Below are positions 56,277-64,000 of a stretch of 64,000 nt of DNA, one piece after another. The stretch spans positions 383,346,001-383,410,000 of the forward strand of contig OZ024740.1 in NCBI GenBank assembly GCA_964016885.1. The letters are read 5' to 3'. The DNA comes from Eledone cirrhosa. Lineage: Eukaryota. Within the stretch, counting starts at the first letter, position 1, and every line of letters starts with the position of its first letter. A program made the position numbers and the translations under genes. The notes under the pieces are model-generated. The model did not search any database. It was given only the letters and a program-made list of their open reading frames with translations, and was not told where the DNA came from.

Positions 56277-57065
56277 AATAAACGAAGCTAAATTTTAATC
56301 ATTTGACTTTTATTTAACTTTATTTTATATATATATATATATATATAACAGAAAACAGAAGTGATAACACACACACTAACCTACTCGTACATTTTCCTAA
56401 ATAGACACATTAAACAAAATAATCATTACATATAGATATATCCGCGTAAAGATTGAGGAAGGAAGGGGCTGGTAAAATGCTATAGATTAGCTACACTTGT
56501 GTAACTGTATGTGTATGTGTTTTGCGAGAGTGTATGTGTGTTTGCACGTTTATATTTATATACTAATTCATATAAATATATACATATGCATATATATATA
56601 TACACCACAGACACACACTATTGTAATGAATTGTGTATGTGCACAGAGACGTGACGAATATCGTCTTAGAGTAAGGTAGACTTAGACAACATGAGAGATG
56701 AGATAATATACAACAAGACGACTGTCTCTTAATTAGCTCCTCTTAAACTTTTTCTTTTGTGGAATTTCCACGGGGCCCGTTAGATAAAAATAATTACATA
56801 TAATCAATTCCATACAGTAACAGTATACAACTAACTCTGGTCACATAAAACATATATGTATTGATATACAAGTTTAGCAGAAGCACTAACATAGCATGTT
56901 TTCTAGTAGTGTATGTTTATATTAATATATATAATTCACGCTTTGGGTATTTTAAGCTGTGAACATGTCACATTTCTATCAGTAACCATGTGAGAACGCT
57001 AAACACTAGCATGTATCTAGCTATCAATTTATACAACACCCTATTTTCTCAATCATGCGTTCATT

Positions 57066-57226
57066 AGGGTCGGACGCCATGCTTTCCAGCATAGTTACGT
57101 CCCTTTACGATCTGAGTTCAAATCCCGCCGAGTTTGACTTTGCCTTTCATCCTACGGGATCGATAAAATAAAGTACCAGTAATGCACTGGTTAATTGCTG
57201 GCCTTGTGCCAAAAGTAGAAACAATT
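57066..57226 (+). mobile_element. tRNA-derived SINE, slightly 5'-truncated
   Basis: Reverse complement of 16698-16860; B box gagttcaaatcc. Confidence 0.85.
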
Positions 57227-57349
57227 AATATGATATTATGTTATTTGAGGGGTGTTTATTCTGTTTAATTCGCCTTTTAATTCGTCCCTCATTTTTGTAA
57301 AATAAAAAAAAAGCTTCATCTTATAATCATCGCAATTATCAACATTATT

Positions 57350-57595
57350 ATGATTGTCTGTGATGTTTGTGGAAGGGTATGCAGGTTGAGTAGTGATCTC
57401 ACACGACACCTTGGGTCACATGGTGCCATGGGCCCAGCACTAGGTGTCAATAATTGTCACAAGTGTAGTGTTTGTACCAGAGTTTTCAAGTCGCTGGCTG
57501 GACTAGAAAGCCACACTCGTTCAGCGCATCGGTAGGGGTTCTCCTACATGGATATAGAGTAGTGGCCGTACTCGAGAACGAGTTGGCAGCCATCA
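57350..57595 (+). mobile_element. RTE/BovB-like LINE 3' end with two C2H2-like fingers
   Basis: CDVCGRVCRLSSDLTRHLGSH and CSVCTRVFKSLAGLESHTRSAH*, then a short 3' UTR ending ..gccatcat. The CxxCxRxxxSxxGLxSH motif is typical of RTE C-termini. Confidence 0.6.
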
Positions 57596-57805
57596 TATAT
57601 TTGAACTACTTGCGTAATCCACATTAGATTTCACATGTGCTACCGCTGCAGCTGGCCAGTTGTATGCCATTTGCAATGCCATACAGTATTCTCTATTGAT
57701 ATTGGTATATTGAAAGTGTTTTCTACATCTGCAGGCTCTAGATATCCCATTGTTTATTTTTTCCTCTCTGTCACCTGTTTCTCTCTCTCTCTTTCTGACT
57801 CTCAC

Positions 57806-57837
57806 TTCTTCTTCTTCTTCTTCTTCTTTTTCTTCTT

Positions 57838-57868
<31 letters not shown>

Positions 57869-57900
57869 TTCTTCTTCTTCTTCTTCTTCTTCTTCTTCTT
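57806..57900. repeat. (TTC)n microsatellite
   Basis: Directly visible. Confidence 0.95.
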
Positions 57901-58013
57901 TTGCATTCTTTCTTTTGCATTCTTTTGAATGTTGTCTTAAGTTTGCTGAAGTAGAAGACAACATTTACATCCGGGCATTAACATTATCACAAAGCTTTTC
58001 ATTTTATTGGAAA

Positions 58014-59224
58014 CTAGCAGCTGAGCCCGGTTGCATCCGGGGCCACTTTTTATTAAGTTAATAATTTGAAAAATATTATTGAAAATGTATTATAAAGAAG
58101 CAGTTTCAGGAAGAATATAGAAATATGCACTTGGGGCTGGACGGAGTACAATGAGAAGTGGAGCGACGTGAAAAGCGTTATTTATTAACAGCGAAATAGC
58201 AATGTCGATGATATGCAAGTTTTAAAATGCATATTATGAAGGTTTGTATGATAGTTTACACTTTGATTGCTCTGGTCAGCAAGAGGGTCCTCTATATATT
58301 AGACGTTTATTAGAAGAGGGGGAAATAACTAACCCCAGTATAAGAACAGGGGGTTCGCAATGTAAGGGTTTTATTTCTTTTGTTAGAAAACTGACCTTTT
58401 TCGGTTTGGCATTTCGTAAAATTCTACTGCAGAATCGAATTCATAAAACGGTACTGTAGGATCGTTATAGAAGTATTTAAATTTAATCAAGAGCAACTGT
58501 ATTTGAAAAATGAAAATGAAACGTACTGTAGAAGGCAACAGTTTATTAACAGCGAAATAACGTTGTGTTTGATATGTTATTTTAAATAAGACAATGAATA
58601 TTTTAAAAAAAATGAATGAATTAACTCGGCAACTAAACGGCTTATAGATCCCATTCATTAAGTTTACAATGAATATTTAAAAAAAAATTGAATGAATTAA
58701 CTTGGCAACCCAAAGGCCTATAGATACCATTCATTAAGTTTACATGCATGTATTCTTTAAACTTTTCATTTGACTTTGAAAAATACTACTTACTGTTAGC
58801 AGTGGTTAACATGTATTAGAATTAAAATGAAAATGATATCGGAAAAACGTACTGGAGAACATGCCTCCCTTCTTCGCATTTTAAGGGTTTTATTTCTTTT
58901 GGTGGAAAACAGTGACCGTTTTCGGTTTGGCATCTCGTAAAATGGTACTGCAGAATCGATTTCATAAAACGGTACTGTATGTTAACAGCGAAAGAACGCT
59001 GCGAAAGAACGCAGAGAACATGGGGAAACAACTCACCGAAGCGATAGCAAATAGACCGTTTTGGGGCCCTAGGGACCACATTTTTCAAGTAAGAGATTTG
59101 TTTGCTTCCTTGGCACTTTTTACATAGGTGTGTAAATTTTCATGTCCGTCCGACCACGTCTACTACCATTTAACCGTGCACAACTGAATTTCAACCACCA
59201 CCCATTTCATAAATATATATTAGA
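58014..59224 (-). mobile_element. Non-autonomous Helitron with internal duplications
   Basis: On -: A|TCTAATATATAT start, ccccggatgcaaccggg hairpin and CTAG|T end. 58355-58458 recurs at 58873-58978; tandem unit ~58592-58745. Confidence 0.7.
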
Positions 59225-59388
59225 TTAGTGAACTGAAAAATCCAAGCAGAAAATGTTTACTTTTTTTTCGTAGCAACGTGTAATTCCTATATTTAAACAG
59301 CATCAATTAGATATCCATACAAATCAACGTTTTAATAATTTGCTCAAAGCAATATTGATATTATAATTATTATTATTATTTATTTTCC

Positions 59389-59580
59389 TGAGTGCGGTGA
59401 TTTGGCAGTATCGGTAGAGGGTCGGACGTATGCGTTGCAGCATAGAGTTGCGGTCCTTTACGGTCTGAGTTCAAATCCCGCCGAGGTTAAATTTGCCTTT
59501 CATCCTTAGGGGGTCGATGAAATAAAGCACCAGTAACGTACTGGGTAATTGCTGGCCCTGTACTAAAAGTGGAAACAATT
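59389..59580 (+). mobile_element. Full-length tRNA-derived SINE
   Basis: A-box-like ttggcagtatcggt, B box gagttcaaatcc, 3' end ggaaacaatt(att). Confidence 0.85.
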
Positions 59581-59589
59581 ATTATTATG

Positions 59590-60075
59590 TTTCCTTGGAG
59601 TCTCAGTCGTTGATGTTATTTAACTGGAAAGTTTGTTCACATTAAGCCGCTACATGAAACCTTAGATATTCAGGACGTATCGGAGTTTTCTTGCTGTACC
59701 CAGCAAATATGCCTTCTGAAGTGTTCCAAAGGGGGGGCTGGACTAAAATGTTCTTTAACCATCCTTGAAAACTATTCGAGATAGCTCCTATTACAATCGG
59801 GTCGACCTTCATCTCATGGCAGTCGCAAATCCATTTTGATTCGCACTTTAAATCTTGGTATCGGTTAATTTTCTCCTCCTTTTCTTGCACTTTTGTGTAA
59901 AAGGGGCACGCTACATCTACACTCAGCCACGATCTTTTTTCCTTGTGAAAATCCACCAGGTCCTGCCTATTGTGTTCTAATTTCTTGTCTGTCTGTATCC
60001 TGAAATCACATAGCTCCTTCACTTGATCGTTTTCTATGACCGACTTTGGCTTATGCTCATACCACTTCTCAGGAA
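59590..60075 (-). mobile_element. Dong/R4 LINE 3' fragment, same family as 48725-49998
   Basis: DFRIQTDKKLEHNRQDLV..DVACPF..KINRYQDLK and the shared 3' UTR motif gactgagactc. Confidence 0.9.
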
Positions 60076-60563
60076 TTGATAAATTATTTAGTTTGCATGA
60101 ATGCCAGTGAATCGCCTTTCCTATTATATCGTGCCTGTAGCCTTTATAGTGTGTCTGGGCTAGGTGTTTCCGTCTTTTTATTGTTCATGGTGTCATCTGC
60201 CTCCAGATCACCCAAATATTTGTATCTCTCTTCAGTGTCGATTACCTTTATCATCTCACCTGTTGATACCTCGATTTCGTTGCATCTGTTTCTGTCTTGT
60301 ATGTTCATATTTAAATCAATGTTGAATTTCGTGGATATTCAATATATCACAGAGTGTTGTATATTATCAATACACCCATTACAACTTTATAATGTCGTGT
60401 CTATAGCATAATTATACGGAGGTGGTCAGTTGTACTGACAACACATAGCACATAGGCCACCTCAGAATCAAATGTTTGCTATATTTTTTCTGTATTTTCT
60501 CTCCTTATACCCTCACTAATTGTGTACTCCATTATTCCTTTATTGTGTAACTATTATTCAATA

Positions 60564-60621
60564 TACACCCGATGGTGTCGCCAGGGTTCTACGTAACCTG
60601 GTCACCGAAATGTATAGAGTA
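60564..60621 (+). ncRNA. Degenerate hammerhead ribozyme (core appears to lack G8-A9)
   Basis: tacac CCGAT ggtg..ccagg...cctgg.cacc GAAA tgta TA gagta; tail, then (TA)n at 60690. Confidence 0.4.
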
Positions 60622-60747
60622 TTTGCAACAAATAAACCTTAATGGAAATTCACTAGTCATGGTTCCTGGCATGTTATCCAACAATATAAATATATATATA
60701 TATGGATTGAGGAAGTCGAGGCTGTGTGGTTACTGATAACGAGCGCT

Positions 60748-61142
60748 AGAAGGTAAGGTGACACAAACAAGAAATGGACAGTTTCACTTCGTCAGTTTTT
60801 TGCTTCGGTCCTGGATGTTTCGACGCATTATAGACAGAACATTTATCCATAACATGCTTATAACATTTTATATATCAAAAAGCCACGAGGGAAAGAAGTG
60901 ATAGCGAAGAGAGAGAAAGAAAGAAAAAAAGGGAGAAGAAATTTGTTTTCCTTTTTTTCTTCTTTTTTTTTCTGTCTTTCTCTCTCTTCGCTAACACTTC
61001 TTTCCCTCATTGATAGATAAAATGTTATGGGCGCGCTATGAATAGATGTTCTGTTTATAATGCGCCAAAACATCCGTTATCCGTAGTAAACTGCTGACGA
61101 AGGGAAACTCCCCATCTCTTGTTTGTGTCGCCTTTTCTTCTA
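60748..61142. repeat. Old, diverged ~395-bp palindrome next to (TA)n
   Basis: gagggaaagaagtgatagcgaagagagagaaaga pairs with tctttctctctcttcgctaacacttctttccctc; outer arms gtgacacaaacaaga / tcttgtttgtgtcgc. Centre ~60945. Confidence 0.8.
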
Positions 61143-62261
61143 ACACTAAAACGCTACATATCTCATTTTATTACGATTTATATTAAAATTTCACAAATAT
61201 TTTGTAAAGCCGCTCACTTCATAATGAATTATTTACGTTGATAAACATCTAGCTTACACTTTTAAAATTGACAGACTATGGATATCAGTATGTGGGTGTG
61301 TAGTTTATAAGCATTTACTTTCGTGAAATTACCCAGTTTTATACTGATAGTCGTCATTGATATTTAATGTTCTTATTTAATACTGGTGCGAGCATTTTAA
61401 AACGGACTATATGTACCTTCATTGGTCTTTCACCTGTATTATAGATTCCGCCTTGTGGAATAGATATAAGAAATGAATTTAATCAATATGCAACATCATA
61501 TGAACTAAGGAAGGTAGTCATCTGTGATGGCCATGTGCTATTGAATGTGTGTGTTTATACATGTATGGTGTACAAATACTTTCAGATCAATATGGTGAAA
61601 TATGGGAATGAATACTTATATATGCACTCAAACACATACGTGAATATTTGTGTTTGTCTCTGTGTGTGCATGTGTGCGTGTGTGTGCGTGTGTGTGCGTG
61701 TGTGTGTGTGTCGATTTGTGTCTGTATAAGTGTACTTATTACCTATTGTTTCAATGTAGTCCAGCATTGGTCGATTCTAAACATCATGCTTGGAAAGATG
61801 AATATCGAGTTTTAGTTAATCGATCTCTAACAATCCAGAAGAGAGTTTCGATATTTTGAGCTCTCGTTAGAATTCCTGAATCATTGGAGTATTGCCAGTC
61901 AAAGACTTATTTGTTTATCCTTTTCGTCCTCTTTCTTGTTATTCTTGTACAATGTTTACTGCTATTATTATCATCTTCGTTGCAACGGTATTCATCTAAC
62001 TACTCATTCATTTCAATGAATTCATTTCTGTTACTCTATAAAACCAGCCAATTCTCAACAGTAACAATATGTGTTACGATTGATTTTTTCAAATATTCCA
62101 GTAATCCGCTACTCAAATAAATATTGATACTTATTCTAGAATGTGGTTGTGTTCCACTCGCTTGAATTTCCTTTTATTGGTAATTGCATTTGCTGTTGCG
62201 GGTAGTGGACATGGACAATTAGCATTTGTTTGTTTTTAGTTTTATTATTTTAACATTATTG

Positions 62262-62440
62262 AAGGGTGGTGGTTTGGCAGCATCGGTAGAGCGTCAGCCA
62301 CCATGCTTTGTAACATTGGTCCTTTTACATTCTGAGTTCAAATACCACCAGGTCAACTTCGTTTTTCATCTTTAAGGTGTTGACAAGAGAAAGCATGTAC
62401 TGGGGTATTTGATGGCATTGTCCCAAATGTAGAAACATTA
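62262..62440 (+). mobile_element. Diverged tRNA-derived SINE
   Basis: tttggcagcatcggtagag, ctgagttcaaatacc and tagaaacattatt. Confidence 0.75.
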
Positions 62441-62547
62441 TTTTTTATTTATTAGTCCCGAGACTCAGAATTATTATCTCGTATTAGTTCACTTTGCTGC
62501 ACTGGGTGGTTGCTGGAATTGTGCCCGGGATGGAAACCTTTATTGTT

Positions 62548-63267
62548 TATTTCGTGGTAGTCTCTTTAGTATTTTGGCCCCTTTTGTTGACCCGTCACCG
62601 TATCATTTACGTACTTATACCTCTTAAAAGGGTCCTCGCCTAATCCGTCCCACCTAGTTCTTTTACTTATTTCGTTATTTCTTTATTTCTTTCTTTACTT
62701 CTTTCTTTCTTTATTTATTTATTTATTCTAGACTAACAATAGCTAGAGACCTAGGCCGTAGAATTTAATTTACTTTACTTTTTTCTTTACACTCATTTGT
62801 TTTTCTTTACACTTATTTGCTTTTTTCAGTATTTTTTCTTTCCTATATATTTCTACCCCCCATTGTTCTACCTACCGTTCCGACTTCCTCCCCCTCCCCC
62901 TCCCCTGTATCTTCTTTGACCTCATGCCCAGCTGTAGCTGGCACTACAAACGCTTGATTGGGGCTACTCCACCCCCTCCCCTCTTTCTCCTACTGGCAGG
63001 TTTAGCCACCATCTCCCCTACTAATTTGCAACCACAGAATTACTACTGATTTTTGACAATCACTTTGACCATATATGGAATTACCCCTTGAGAAGATCGG
63101 CTATTTAAATACCAGGATAAATTTTCATTTAGTCCAGAATTAGCCGTCGAAACGGCTTGAGCTCAGCTGTCGGGGTCTTACTGGTTCCTATTACCCACCG
63201 TACTACCTCAAGTATTGAGTACTTTGGTGCGTTATGGTCCACCTGGTTCCTTACCACACTTCCTTCG

Positions 63268-63269
<2 letters not shown>
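62548..63269 (+). mobile_element. Family A Penelope-like non-coding copy ending in (TA)n
   Basis: Colinear with 25372-26057, including the tail ..cttccttcgtt(AT)n. Confidence 0.85.
63083..63176 (+). ncRNA. Family A type I hammerhead ribozyme, U3:A8 core (UUGAGAA)
   Basis: acccc TTGAGAA(63088-63094) ga.cggcta...tagccgtc GAAA(63149-63152) cggct-tgagctc-agctg TC ggggt. GUC triplet; loop III contains the palindrome GAGCTC. Confidence 0.75.
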
Positions 63270-63321
<52 letters not shown>

Positions 63322-63781
63322 ATAGATATAGATATGCATGTACGTATTGAAATAAGATTTGCACGAGATCAACTGACAGTTTTCCCTGTTAAAGTTATAT
63401 ATTTAATGCTATTTCTCGAATATAGATATAATCTCTTACAGACATATTTCTTCTCTGCATTACAGCATCGTGACATTCGTCAATTTGGGTTAATATAGGT
63501 CTTTCTGTTACTAACTTATTTTCCAAACGCATGAAATGTTACGTGTATACACCATGATTTTTTTTCAAACGTAATAATAATACAGGCAAGATCTACATTA
63601 TGTGAAATGAATTCCTATAAATTTTTATCCCGTTAAACGAAATGTGCATTTGAATACAGACACGTGATATATTCATTCTGAATTTTACTCCAATATTTAT
63701 CAAGGAAAACAGAACATACCTCTATAAAATGCGTTCCCTTGTTTCAAAGAAAAGTCAGCAGGATAATGTACTATTCAATAA

Positions 63782-63840
63782 TTGTTTCTACTTTAGGCAC
63801 AAGGCCAGCAATTATCCAGTGCATTACTGGTACTTTATTT
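63782..63840 (-). mobile_element. Short 3' SINE fragment with ~18-bp TSD
   Basis: aatgtactattcaataat occurs on both sides. Confidence 0.8.
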
Positions 63841-64000
63841 AATGTACTATTCAATAATAATGCTTGTATATATATATATATAAGAGATTATGGGTCTCTT
63901 ATAAGGACCTGCGAATGTTAAAGGCTATGTATGATTTATCTTCACAAATGTTGTTTTTCTTTTTGCTTTGTGTTTGTTTATTTCAACGCTTTGACGTTTG

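Noticed and set aside
57350-57535. Two C2H2 fingers as a host zinc-finger gene exon
   Set aside because: No TGEKP linker or splice acceptor. The motif and short 3' UTR fit an RTE LINE C-terminus.

Overview
AT-rich eukaryotic genomic DNA dense in microsatellites. It is probably an octopod cephalopod, inferred only from tRNA-derived SINEs resembling the octopus OK/OR SINE families. Almost all ORF-track hits are microsatellite artefacts. The only credible host-gene pieces are + strand exons of a single-pass membrane protein: a TM exon at 11136-11286 and a phase-compatible cytoplasmic exon at 28870-28947. The rest is transposon-derived: Dong/R4, RTE, Tx1-like and CR1-like LINE remnants, five non-autonomous Helitron units, a mariner relic and SINEs. 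The most striking feature is a dense population of Penelope-like (Naiad-type) remnants sitting in (TA)n tracts. Most share one architecture: (TA)n - inverted arm - arm + unique tail - (TA)n. They carry at least 13 manually foldable minimal type I hammerhead ribozymes from about 9 sequence families, plus degenerate and half copies. These include U3:A8 (UUGANAA) and C4 (CCGANGA) core variants and greatly extended stem II. All structures were read by eye and no database search was run.
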